A stretch of DNA of 64,000 bases from Octopus sinensis. Lineage: Eukaryota. The notes beneath the pieces were generated by a model. That model was not told the DNA's origin and searched no databases. It was given only the letters and a program-made list of their open reading frames with translations. Below are positions 50,542 through 63,789 of the stretch, in pieces. Every line of letters begins with the position of its first letter. The first letter of the stretch is position 1. The stretch is taken from positions 146,444,001-146,508,000 of the forward strand of contig NC_042998.1 in the NCBI RefSeq assembly GCF_006345805.1, written 5' to 3'. The position numbers were made by a program, and so were the translations under genes.

Positions 50542-50758
50542 CAGGGTGGGTGGCTGAAAAGTTCTTGGCTTTAGATAAAAGAAAATAAAGGAGGATCAAT
50601 TAATTATGATTTTATTCAACATATTCCCTTCTCAGATTTACACACTTATTGCAGCAGTCCTTCAGATTTTTAAGCCCTGTAAAAGAACTCAGAAGGTTAG
50701 GTCTCCAACCAGGCCTTTCACAACACCCTTGAAGCCAGGAACTTTTCAGCACCCCTTG
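50542..50758. mobile_element. mariner-type MITE
   Basis: TA flanks; TIR core GCTGAAAAGTTCTTGGCTT / AAGCCAGGAACTTTTCAGC. Confidence 0.8.
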
Positions 50759-51202
50759 TATATGTATGTCTTGCATAAAATATTAAACTACATCCAGTGG
50801 TGTAACTCCAGTTTGATAGTTCTGGAGTTGCAGAGAACGTGGAGTCAGCTCTTACCCCCCAGTCTGTTCCATCCCAGAATGGTAGTAGCTGTCAGAGTCC
50901 GTTTTATGGGTTAAATAGATTTCTCTGGGGTAGAGGAGGCTTCCATTATTTCTGACTAAGCCACAGGGAAGGCAGCTCTCCCAGGAGAAAGATATCTGAC
51001 ATAAAATTTACAGTCAAAATGGCACTAGTCATCTTGCAATTTTTGTCACTGGAATCTACTACGACAACTGAGAGACTGGCAAAGCTTTTGTCACTTAAAA
51101 CCAATGATATATATAGATGTCTCGCTCATTTTATTTCTTGGCTGAATGTTACACGGCTTATCATCTGACAAGATGAAGTAATCATTTATATATGCATGTA
51201 TG

Positions 51203-51242
<40 letters not shown>

Positions 51243-52064
51243 ATATATGTGTGTATGTATATATATATGTAGTATATATATATGTGTGTGTGTGTGTGTA
51301 ATTTGATAATTCTTTTTTGTTTATAAATTTTTTCTATCAGTTTGTTTTGTTCTATTTCTTGGGTTTCATTTGGGAGTGGTCATTCCACTATTTATTTCTC
51401 TTTTAGTAAGCCCCTACCTAAATCCCTAACACTCACATATCCATTCATATACACAAACATACACACACACACCCACCTACACATACGAACACACACACAC
51501 TCTCTCTCTCACACGCACACACAAACATAAACATGTATACAGACATGTACATACATTCTTACATACACATTCTTGCACATATGTGTATTTGTGTGTGCAT
51601 GTATATATATATATATTTAATGTATGTATGTGTATATATATTTCAGCATGTGTATATATATACATTACAATCAAAGGTGCAGAAATGATGTACTCTGAAG
51701 AAATTTAAAGATAATGTAATCCAGGGGTAGAGCAAGAAATCCATGAATTAAGTACTCCAAATCAGTTGGAAGGATATGGACAGTCTGTGTGAACATGTAG
51801 TAAATAGTCCGTGTATATATATACACACACACACACACATACATATTTGACAAAATGAATAGAAATGGCTTTTCTGATAATTTTACCACCTTAATTTTTA
51901 AATGTTTATAAATTATTAGGTGTGAATTTCTCACGTGGTTCTCAAACTGATATTTTAGAATTTGTCAACACATACACAAACACACACATACACATGTACT
52001 CATGCACATATACTTGTATGTACACACACTACATACACATGTATATATATGCGTGTATATATGC

Positions 52065-52106
<42 letters not shown>

Positions 52107-52254
52107 ATATACATACACACACACACATGCACGTGTATGCATGTGTGTGCTTATATATATGTAGTATATATATATATACATACATATATACACATACGCA
52201 CTATGTGTGTGTATTATATATATATATATTTATATATATATATATATATATATA

Positions 52255-53350
52255 CTGGGTGTTTGGGCTAAATTTGACAGTTTGCATAAAAGTATTTTAA
52301 AAACACAAAAATTTCAACTAGATTAAGGCTGGGAGTTAACAGTTTATTCAGTATAGCCACCCTCAGGTTCTACCGTGGCCTCAAGATAGATTTTGGAACT
52401 TGGTGCATGAATTCCTCACTGTGTCCTTGAGAAGATCTTTGAACACCTCCTTGATTTTGGCCACCAGCTCAGCCTTGGTATTGCTGGCAGAGTGGTTGGT
52501 ATCCCTCTCAACTGCACCCCACTCATAGCAACTCATGAGATTACAATTGCAGATATTAGGAGGCCAGAAATTAGAACTGGTGTTGTTATAAAAATCCTCT
52601 GACAACCACTTCTGACTCTTTCCTGAGGTATGGCAAGGACCCCAATCCTGCTGTCATACATATGGCCTTCCAACAGCAACCCTCCCAGCCAAGGATTGAC
52701 CACATTTCTCAGCAGTTTCACATAATTGAGCCTAAGGCCACATTCAGATATGTGGGGATGAATCCAGGCATGCAGATGCAATTAAAACACCTGTTGGGTT
52801 TCCGTTGCAACTATCCATATCATGTCTTACAACTGTTTACAGTGCTCACACAGCATTGAGCAACATTGATGTTGGCATTTTGATACCTAGCACGAATTAT
52901 CATGATACAAACAACTCTTTTCCAATACTTAGATGTCTTCCATTTCTCCATGTCTGTTAACTTTTTCTCAACTGTAACTTTAATCATGTGTATATAAATA
53001 TAAACAAACTAACATTCGTTTTTTGTATAAGCGCCGAAATGTGTATATTAACATACAAATGAGATGATAATTTATTTTCGAATGCAGAGACACTGTTAGA
53101 ACAGCAGAAACATTGGGTAAATTACCCTTACAAAGCGGAAACATTTGTCAGCAAACAGCCCAAGTTTTTTCTGCTTTGTAAGGGTAATTTACCAAATGTT
53201 TATGGCGTCTGTGTGTTTGAAAATAAATTATCAGCATATTTGTATATAACTTTAATGTTTATACTCTCCAATGCTGTTGACTGTTCACCAATACATCTAG
53301 CTGTTCCCATGAAGGAGACATAAAAATACCATCAGATTTAGTCTGAACAC

Positions 53351-53354
<4 letters not shown>
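52255..53354 (-). mobile_element. Decayed DD37D-like element with an internal foldback insert
   Basis: TIR CTGGGTGTTTGGGCTAAATTTGA / TCAGATTTAGTCTGAACACCCTG; FWPPN..CNLM..WGAVER remnant; inverted repeat at 53054-53246. Confidence 0.75.
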
Positions 53355-53439
<85 letters not shown>

Positions 53440-53486
53440 TATATATATGCGTGTGTGTGTGCGTATTATACACATATATAGATCTA

Positions 53487-53730
53487 AGGCGCAGTCGTGG
53501 CCGCGTGGTAAGGAGTTTGCTTCCCAATTCCTAGTTCAATCCAACTGTGTGGTACCTTGAATAAATGTCTTCTGCTTCTATAACTTCGTGCCTTATGAGT
53601 GAATTTGGGAGGCGGAAACTAACACACACACACGTTTATGTGTCAGTTCTGAGATCGATTCGCTTCACTAAAATTCTTCCAAGCAGTGCCCCAGCATGGC
53701 CACAGTCTAATGACTGAAAGAAGTAAAAGA
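53487..53730 (+). mobile_element. SINE copy
   Basis: AGGCGCAGTCGTGGCCGCGTGGTAAG head and CCAGCATGGCCACAGTC..GTAAAAGA tail. Confidence 0.75.
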
Positions 53731-53751
53731 TACACACACACACATGCATAC

Positions 53752-53808
<57 letters not shown>

Positions 53809-54160
53809 TCAGTATTTGACTTAGTAAGAAAATAACTCCATATTGTGGTATAACCGTGCACAATGATTTTATTTCAAAATGAAAACATAATAAAAACAAA
53901 CAAAATTCTGAAAAAGAAACAAAATATTTCACCGAGCGTTTTGATCAATAAATCAATATTTATCTGAAACGGCAATAAAATAGATGAAACAAATGTCAAG
54001 AAGCAGGTGCCCGTCCCAAAGATGTTGGCGAGTTTATGTCCCTTTGCACTTTGAGAGTTTAATTAACATTTAATTACATTTACAAGACTAACAGCAAGCA
54101 ATGTTAGTGTATACAGTCCTCAACTAGGCTGGTGGCAAGAAGAAATCACCCTCATTTGAG

Positions 54161-54166
54161 GTAAGA
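54161..54166 (+). promoter_or_regulatory. Candidate splice donor of a non-coding first exon
   Basis: GAG|GTAAGA followed by T-rich intron-like sequence in a unique, CpG-retaining region. Confidence 0.35.
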
Positions 54167-56904
54167 CGATCGTGTATTTTTAGTTAAATTACTTTATCTT
54201 CTTTTTATTTTAATTCTGTACGTCAAATTTCTAACATTGTTCAACATCTGAATTAAAAAAAAAACTTTACATGCGTAAGATTTTATTATATTTAATTACT
54301 AGCAGTAGAATATTTAAAGCATTTATAGCAGATGTTTTATCGATCTGTCATCTCTTAAATAACTTGTCTAAATATACGAATACACACACAATAAACAGCA
54401 ACAGCTCTGCTTGGTGTTAATTGGCAAAACATGTCCGAATCTGACCAGTTACTTAGGGAGCGCTCCAACTATCCTACACCACCCACTTTAATATATCTAC
54501 GCCCATATCGAATAAATATGTTAATGTTTCCTTTTATTTACCCTGTCCTGACATTTGTTGAAGTAATTCGATTTCTTTTTAACGGCGATGCAACATTTTA
54601 GAATTTGTTGACTGTGTTCTTGCATTTGTTGATGGGAAATGTAATGATCAACATGGCCACGTTAAGGACTGCTCCCGTGTTAGGCATTCTCAAGTAGTTT
54701 GCGATAGCGTGTCTATATGTATATATAAATATAAATATATTTATACACACACACGCTCGCAAGCATACAGTGTATTAATTCTTGCACAGGTTTTACCCTG
54801 CTGCTGCTTATGATCATGCTGATGCTGCAGCTCCAAGATATATTTGGAAAACTTTTGTCTCTCTCAACTTCGTAACTCTCCTCTTTCTTTCATCAAATAT
54901 TTAACACGATCAAATTATTATTAGTAGTATTCCTCCTATCAATGTGTGTTTTATGTTATTAATCAACATGACAATTAGCCTTCTCAATAAATTAGTTTGC
55001 GGTGGATAGACCAGGGACTCACCCAACGCTACTTTTACACTGGTAATGTATGGTTCTTTTTATTGTTGTTTTCGTCCACTAAACCAGCAAAGTTGTCGAA
55101 AAATCTCTAGTTTTTGTTTTATCTATTGCATATTCCGATTAAATATATAATGACTATAGTATTCCATACTTATTTGGTGTGTAGTTTTAATATGATGGGA
55201 CTTTTAAACAAACTCTTTCCTTTTTCTCTCTCGAATCTGACCAATTCACTTTGGCTGTGGGATTATTCTGGTCAACCATATTTTATAAGTCTTTTACGGT
55301 AATATCTTTATTACACCTAACACTGTGTAACTGTAGGTGTGTATGTATGTGTGTATGTGTATATATACTATATATCTATGTATACTATATATTCAGTTTA
55401 ATTAGTATGTTGTTATTTTGGGGGTCGTCCCCTCTATCTTCTACTGAGATCTTATAAATAATTTCTTCGATATGTCAGGATGACCTTCCCTAAAAAACAA
55501 CCCAAAGTAACAGATGTGGATATTGTAAAAGTAATATTAGCAACACCACAGCCGCAGAAGCAACAGTAACAACAACAACAGCAAAAACATTTTTTACGAT
55601 TTTAAAATATTAAATTATTTATTGTATAAGCATGAAGCTTGTATTTTTGTGATCGATAGATAAATAAGAAGTTTTGATGTTCATGCATTTCCTAAGAGCA
55701 CAATGGTATACGTGACGAGGAAAGGTTCCAATCAGTATTCGAAACCGGTTTGCAGATTTTGTACGTCGGGACAGCCTAGCACCTCTACTCTATAAATAAA
55801 TGAATATAATAGTAAGGGTTGCGACCCAGAAATAAAATGAAGCTAGCAATAAAAATATTTTGTGTGGGCAAAGTTTTTGAGAGCAATGATAGTCGTACAC
55901 TGTGATAATAGGAGCTGATACAAAATATGTTACTTCTACAGTGTGAAACATTCCACTTGATACAAGCGTCAAGTAGCTAGTAGAGTGCAGGCTCTTGCCC
56001 TTCCATATTTGTAATGTTTTCAGTTCGTTTGTTGCAAAAGTTTCTTTTCATATTGTTTGAATATTTACCGGAGATTACCCCTACTCTTTATTCTTTTTCT
56101 TGTTTATTTACCAAAATTGTTTTTTTTTATTATCCATTTCAATATTCTTGCACAAAAGTTTTTGGGAAAGATAAATCTGATAATAAAGTTGTTTTTCTTC
56201 AGTTTTTGTTTCTTTAATCATTTGTGTGCTTCTTCAGTAAAATGAAAGTTGTTACCAAAGTATTTAGTTGTGATTCAATAAAAGGAACAGATAAATCTTA
56301 ATCATCACCTGGACATTACTGTCTTGATTTTTAGAACTCACCAAGTCAGACACCTGGTTTCCATAGCACATAATTGGCTGAGATCACAACTTTCCTCCTG
56401 AACAGAATGTTAGTTCATTGCAGAGTTACTCATTTACAAAGTGAACTTGAGCAATGTGAAAATGAAGTGTGTTTGCTCATGAACACAACACACTGTTTGG
56501 TCCAGGAATCAAAACTACAATCTTGTGATTGTGAGGGCAACACTCTAACCACTAGACCATATGTCTTTACAGTAAAAAATGGTTGGAACTATATTGTTAT
56601 TGGTTTAGAACATCAGGTTATATTTTAAGGAGTAATTCCCAGTGCCAAGGACAGCAGTGGCATCATCAGAAATAGGAAATGCAGTAGACAAGAGGAATAT
56701 TGTAAACCTGTTCATTGTTGGTATTTGTGATTGTGGTATAAGCATAGGAGTAGCTTTGTGGGTAAGAAACTTGCTCCCCAACCATACGGCCCTGGGTTCA
56801 TGCTGCACTTTGTGGAAGTGTTGTCTGCTACAGCCTCTGCCTGACCAAAGACTTGTAAGTGGATACTGAAAGAAGCCTGTTGCACACGTGTGTGTGTGTG
56901 TGTA

Positions 56905-57247
56905 TATTCTTTTATTCGTTTCAGTCATTTGACTGCGACCATGCCGGAGCTCTGCCTTTAGTTGAACAAATCAATCCCAGGATTTATTCTTTGCAAGCTT
57001 AGTATTATATTGGTCTCTTTTGTCGAACCGCCAAGTTATGGGGATGTAAACATACCAACATCAGTTGTCAAGTCATGGTGGGGGACAACACACACACGCA
57101 CATATATATAATATATACGACAGGCTTCTTTCAGTTTCCGTCTACCAAATCCACTCACAAGGCCTGAGGCTATAGTAGAAGACACTTGCCCAAGGTTCCA
57201 CACAATAGGACTGAACCTAGAACCATGTGGTTGGGAAGCAAGCTTCT
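56905..57247 (-). mobile_element. SINE copy
   Basis: Collinear with 11338-11720. Confidence 0.8.
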
Positions 57248-57340
57248 TTATTTCATGAAATTGGCCATGAAGGCTGTGCTTAGAGAGGACAACACAAGGT
57301 GGGGACAAAAAAACAAAACTAATAGAAAAGATGAATATAA

Positions 57341-58267
57341 TTGCCAGTACCACCTGACTGGCCCTCGTGCCGGTGGCACGTAAAAGTACTCACTACACTC
57401 TCAGAGTGGTTGGCGTTAGGAAGGGCATCCAGCTGTAGAAACTCTGCCAGATCAAGATTGGAGACTGGTGCAGCCATCTTGTTCACCAGTCCTCAGTCAA
57501 ATCGTCCAACCCCTGCTAGCATGGAAAGCGGATGTTAAATGATGAGGATGATGATGATGAATAAATGGAATGAAGCTGATCGGCCCCCACCTCTGAGCAA
57601 CTTCATTGAACCTGTTAATACAACCCATTTTTTTAATACAGAGTGTAAGTACCTTGAGAGAAAAGTTGGACCTAAGAAGCATCAGTTGTGGTGTGCAAGA
57701 GAGATGATTGCGCTGGTATGGTCATGTGGCGAGAATGGATGAAGATAGGTTGTGAAAAAGTGCCACACCCTAGCTGTTGCGGGGAACCTGTGTAAGAGGT
57801 AGACCCAGGAAAACTTGGGACGAGGTGGTGAAGCATGACCTTCGAACATTAGGTCTCATTGAGGCAATGACTAGTGACTGAGACCTTTGGAAATATGCTG
57901 TGCGTGAGAAGACCCGGCAGGACAAGTGAGACCCATGGCCTTTACCTGAGATGTAGCCAGTCCACTTATGCATACCTTTCCTTCTTTGGACATAAAACTG
58001 CTTGTGAAGACCTGCTGAGGCAAGTGAAATTGAAATTGATAAAAAAGATCAATGGAAATTGTAGTTGTGATACCAGTGCCAATGGCATGTAAAAAGCACT
58101 CACTACACTCATGGAGTGGCTGGCGTTGGGAAGGGCATCCACCTGTAGAAACACTGCCAGATTGGACTGAAGCCTGGTGCGGCCGCCTGGCTTCCCAGAC
58201 CCCGGTCGAACCGTCCAACCCATGCTAGCATAGAAAACGGATGTTAAACAATGATGATGATGATGAT
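57341..58267 (+). mobile_element. Two tandem 3' fragments of the RTE-like LINE (57341-57560 and 57638-58267)
   Basis: Both match the family 3' end, and each ends in (GAT)n. Confidence 0.85.
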
Positions 58268-59752
58268 TAATTTAAACTACCATTGATAATGCTGTTGTGA
58301 CAGCTAGCTTTCACTTTTTTGGAAAATGTCTAAGTCAAGTTCCTTTAAAATGTAAGCATAACTTACCCTTTTAGGTATTTTGCTGGTGTCCATTTTTGTA
58401 ACCCACCAATCGAAATCAGTTTCTTTTTCATAATTTATCAATCTTGAGAAGTACTCTGGATCTGCCACTGCACAGCAAACATCCTTGGGCCACCTTCCTA
58501 CCCTTGTTATGTCCACTTTTATTGCTTTGTCCCATGTCTTTATCTCATTGCAATTTTATTCTTTATTCCTGTTATACAATATAACAAATTTATCCATGGG
58601 CTGGGGTGGGGAAATTTGGGGCCCCTGTGTGTTTGTGCTTGTGTTTATGTCAGGCGGGGTATGAGGAGGGTTGGTGTCTGTATTCCTTCTCTTTTTTCCC
58701 GCTGTCTCCCAGCTGGTGTTTACCTCCTCTTCCTCGATGCTGGTACTGGTCTTTGTCTGTGATGCCTCTTCACTCTCCTTCTCATGCTTTTCTTCAGACT
58801 CTACGGGCAGTGGAGCACCAACGACTTTCTCACTCTCTTGCCTTTCCTTATCCTTCACAGGTGGTGCAGGACAATCCGCTCTAATGTGGCCTTTCAGGCC
58901 ACATTTATAGCAGTGCAGAATCTTCTTTTCCACTCTGACTTTCAGCATCACATCTGCAACCATAATTGTCTCCACCATACTTTCAATATCTTCTAGGTTA
59001 ACCTGTACCACCATGTTCAGGCTCTGCCCTTGCCAGTTTCTGTAGTGTTCTGGTGGCCTGCAGGACCACCACCTTTTCTTCCATGCCTAGCAGTATGGCA
59101 GCTACCAGCCAGGCTACATTCACTTCTATGGGGTATGTCTTCTACTCTAACCATGGAAGCACGCCTCCCCGGGTATATGGGCAGAAGCACTACTTCTTCA
59201 GTTTTTAATGGTGTGGCTGAGTGCAGTCTGGCAGTAGCTATCTCCCAAAACTGCACTTCTACCATTCCGTACTTTCTTCCCTTGGCAAGGTAGGATATCT
59301 CTTGCCAGACTGGCCTCAACGCTTTTTCAACTTGTGCTTCCAACACCATTTCTATTTTTCTTGTTGCCACTGTGTATGTCCTGTAAACAATTGTCCTCTC
59401 TTCCTTATTCTTTAACATTTCTTTGGTGGGGAACACCTTCACATCGTTCCCCTCCCTTTTAAGTATTTCCTTGAACTTGCTCAACTCTTCCAGACTTATG
59501 TCTTCAATTTTCCCCTCTGCCACTACAGCATAATTCCTTGTTTTCATTACTGCATCAATCTTCTTCAAACATTTCACTATTTCTTCCTTGAGATGAGACA
59601 AAGTCTGAAGAAGAATAATTCAAATCCTCACAACTCATCACACAATGCTCCTCCATTAAACAAGAAGGAAAATATCGCATTGCCAAGACAACCAAAAAAC
59701 ATGTGTTATTCACAAAGGTAGCAGTTGAACTAAACAAAAACGCTATACCAGT
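58268..59752 (-). mobile_element. ORF1/gag-like-only element (RRM-like region plus CCHC knuckle), frameshifted
   Basis: Consecutive minus-strand ORFs 59017-59601, 58556-59014 and 58304-58516. CYKCGLKGHIRADCP is a knuckle and WETAGKKRR is a typical LINE ORF1 motif. No EN or RT follows, and the element abuts an (ATC)n tract. Confidence 0.65.
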
Positions 59753-59799
59753 AAGCTTCTTACCACACTGCCACACCTGCACCTATATATATATATATG

Positions 59800-61351
59800 C
59801 TAGCATTATGACCCGGCGTTGCTGGGTCATAGTGCTAGTGCATGTATATATGTGTATATATATGTGTACATATTACATCTACATCTATATATATACAAAG
59901 TTATATCTTGATATCGCTAGTGATAACAATACTCAAAAATATATAACAGACTGGAATTGTAGGCTCGTCTCTTGCAATTTCGATCAATTGTATCTTGTCC
60001 ACCCTCTTGTATAGAAGTATGGCTACAATCCAGCCTACCTCTACTTCTGGGGGGACATTTTAAATTTTTATCCGGGACGTCCTACGTCCCAGATATAAAG
60101 GTAAAAATAAAATATTTCCACTTTGCAAGGTTCGAATCGAGTACTCCCTTGCATGCTCCGTTGACTCGAACCTTGCTTCTATTGTGGCGAATTTACCGCC
60201 TCTGGTTAGATACTTGATATCTTTCATAGTCGCACCAAGACACTTTTCGATGGTGCTTTCCTCCAGGTGTTCAAATTTTTTTTTTCTCTACATTGTATAC
60301 TTTATAGACAGTAGTGTTTTCTTTAATTTAATTTTTTATTTCGTTTGGTGATGTTATCCTAGATTCACCGTCTTTGTTGGTGATCAATCCGAAATAGGTT
60401 TGTATTTCTTCCATTTTAATTTTAATGAGTTCACGCCTGCCGATGGCTGCAGCAAAATTCATTTTTGGACTTTCTTTTATCGAAGGCATTTTAACAAAAT
60501 TGCTTCCAAATAAAGGGTGAAAATATTGTCAATTTCCCCAAACAGGGACACAATTCAATTTTTAAACAATAACCAAAGCTCCTTCTCCCAAAGGGGGAGG
60601 GTTACGGTTTGCAATTATTTAACAAATGCAACACAACAACGTTTCCTTTACGAGGAACCAACAAACCTTACGGTGAATCAAAAAGCAGTACGCAGTTGAA
60701 GCTATGGTCCTTTATGTATAAGAAATAAACCAACAGCAGTACTCAGAAGCGGCTGTTCGAGAAAACACATTACATACAGCCAAACTTCATATAGATACTT
60801 AATGCTAGCTAATTAGCAGATAATCTAATGTAAAAGCCGTGGTAAAGGGTATGTGCACAGCTTCATCTGGACTATTCCATTTCTGCACATTAATTTTATT
60901 TTTAATTTATTCCCATTCATGTGAAAGCACTTATTCAAGTTCAAGTCATTGATGCAATTTTATACCAATTGCTATTTTTACTTTTAATTGTTATGTTACG
61001 ATTTAATTATTATATTATACTTTAGTTTGATTTTAATTATTACTTACTGCATATAATTCAATTATTATTATCTCTAATTTTTATTGTTAAAATGAAAGTA
61101 TCTGACATAATATAGAGAAATGTTTTTGTTTCACTTTTAACACATAATACTGAATTAGTGGAGAAGATATGATATTGCTATGGGCTCACCCTAGGCAAGA
61201 AGTTGAACTTTTTTTTTTGCCCAGGAAACTACATGAACCCTAAGTAAGGCATGTGTAAAATTTGAATGAAATTGGTTGTGTAGTTCTCAAGTTTAGGGAA
61301 ACACACAGACAAACAGACAGACACACATTCTCAGTTTTATATATATAGAGA
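59800..61351 (-). mobile_element. Non-autonomous Helitron-like element carrying an ORF1-like fragment
   Basis: The minus strand starts TCTCTATATATATAAAA, has a (CTGT)-type microsatellite near the 5' end, and ends in the hairpin CTAGCATTATGACCCGGC-GTT-GCTGGGTCATAGTGCTAG terminating in CTAG. Both flanks are (TA)n. Confidence 0.75.
59990..60489 (-). pseudogene. Divergent homolog of the neighbouring ORF1-like protein (N-terminal half)
   Basis: Manual translation: MPSIKESPKMNFAAAIG..TTVYKVYNVEKKK/FEHLEESTIEKCL..IKYLTRGGKFATIEARF..LFLPLYLGRRTSRIKI aligns with NYAVVA..TIVYRTYTVATRK..VEKAL..ISYLAKGRKYGMVEVQF..VLLPIYPGRRASMVRV. Confidence 0.75.
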
Positions 61352-63789
61352 TATATATATATATATATGATATGTGTGTGTATCTTTGTCTTGACATCAT
61401 GTGATCGTTGTAAACAAGTGTCACTGTCATACAAGTAATGTTTGTTTCTAGTCTTCCATGAAAAACATGTTTGCTTATGAGGGAATATTACCTTACTTGG
61501 AAACAAGTGAGGGTTAATGACAGGAATTGCATCCAGCTGTAGATAATCTGCCCCAACAAAATGTCTGACCTATCCCAGCATGGAAATATGGAACATTGAC
61601 TGATCACACACACACACACATATATCATTTAACATCCATTGTCTTTGCCGGCATGAGTTGGACAGTGTGATCAGAGCTAGCGAGGCAGGGAACTGCACCA
61701 GATTCCAGTCTGATTTGGCATTGTTTCTAAGGCCCTTCCTAATGCCAACCACTTTATAGAGTGTGCTGGATACTTTTACATCTTCAGTTTCCATCTATCA
61801 AATCCATCCACAAGGCTTTGGGTGGCATGAGGCTGTAGTAGAAAATACTTATCCAAAGTGCCATGCTGTGGGACTGACTCCAAAACCATGTGGTTGGAAA
61901 GTAAACCTAACCACACTGCCATGTCTCTGCCTTGCATATAGAAGGGTATTTATTGAGTCTGTTCTTAGTCTCTTTCCTTCATTATCGTCCTTTGAAATAA
62001 TCACACAAGGCTTCAGAAATCTTTGAACATTTCTTAAGTGTTAATGATGTAGTTCTCATTACAAAAGCTGTTAAAAGAATTAATAGTTAGATCAGATTTG
62101 AAAACCTCAGTCTACAAATGACTCCCAGTTAAAGTATATGTAAAGATGCTGGTTAGTGAAGGTTGTTGGTGCAAAACCAACAACTTTCATCCACCCGTGC
62201 TCTTGATTCCTCTTCTACTTATCTTGTACCTTGATAATCCACCCAGACAACTCATTACTATTGTCATCTCTTCCCAACTTCATTCACATCACCCTATCCT
62301 CTCTTCTAAAATGTGAATAACTCCTTTACAGCGAGAAATTTGTTCTGCTTTGGCTCCTTTTCTCATACTTTAACCCCACATCTAGCATAAAGCCACTCCT
62401 TTCAAGGTTCATAGTATTGTAGGCTACATGACAACTTCACTAGTGCTGGTGGCTCATAAAAAGCACTCAGTACTTGCTGTAAAGTGGTTTTGCATTATAA
62501 AGGGCATCTAGCCATATAAACCATGCCAAAAGCAGACACTGCAACACAACACAGTCCTCAGACCTGTTGGTAGTGCCATGTCAGCATGGAAGCTAGATGT
62601 TTAAGTGAAGATGAGGGGTTAGTTGATTACACTGACTCCGGAGGGACAAAAGGCAAAGTTGATCTCAGTGTGATTTGAACTCGGAATGTAATGAGCTGGA
62701 AGAAATATGAGACATTTTTTTCTAATGCTCCATTTATTCTGCCAATCAACCACCTTCAATTCTGTTTATCAAGTTACATTTAATGGAATGACAAATCTGA
62801 GTGACATTCAAATAAAGATCATGTTTTATTTTGTTTAATTAATATTTGATAGTTCTCAGCCTCTTTTGGAGATCATCATCATTTTTAATGTCCATTTTTC
62901 TATGCTTGTGTTGGTTGGAAAGAGTTTATTGGAACAGTTTTTTTTTATGGTCAAATGCCCTTTCTGTCTATCACCAACCCTTACCTGTTTCCAAGCTAGG
63001 TGATATTTCCCTGTGGTCAGACATGTTAACGAAGAATATAGGAAATGAATGACACTGCTTTTATGATGGTGACTCTCATTTACAACTGTTATGCAATTTT
63101 GAGACAAGGAGAGAGAGGAAGAGATGCATGCACACAACGAGCTTCTTTCAGTTTCAGTCTATCAGATCCACCCACATGGCTTTTATCAGCTACGTGCTAT
63201 AGTAGAAAGCACTTGACCAAGTTGCAATGCACTGAACCAAACCCAAAATGATGTGGTTAAGAAACAGATTCTTAACAACATAGTCATGCCTACACCAAAC
63301 TATTTCAGGTCTTCTGGTTTCTAATAGAAATTCTGCTCTATTCACAGTATCTGCTGGTCAGATTCAGGCAAAGTGTTTTTTTATTTCATATCAGATTTGT
63401 AATCTTTTGATTTTAGTTTTTAACTTACCAATACATGATTGTTGTAAGTGAGCATTGCTGTCATACAAGCCATGTTTATTTCCAGTATGAATTTTTTCAT
63501 ATATTTAGCAGAATAATATGTCTTGATTAAGTGTAGAGTTTAGATTATTCAACTATCATTTTACTCTGTTTGTCATTGTAGTTTGCCTCTATTTTTATGT
63601 TATACAATTTTATAAATGTATTTTGTTTAATTTCACTGTTTTAACCTATTTGATCACAGTGAAAACATGTTAAATTTGACATCTTTGTAATGCATTTAGT
63701 CTCTGATGATACTAGAATAGTTTTGTTTAGTACAAAACTCTTCAGACGTTTTAATTTTGTTTTGTCTGATAATGTATTTTAAATTCCAG

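Noticed and set aside
55710-55756. GTGACGAGG...CGAAACCGGT hammerhead-like string
   Set aside because: The first core base is wrong and the stems pair poorly; it is probably chance or too decayed.
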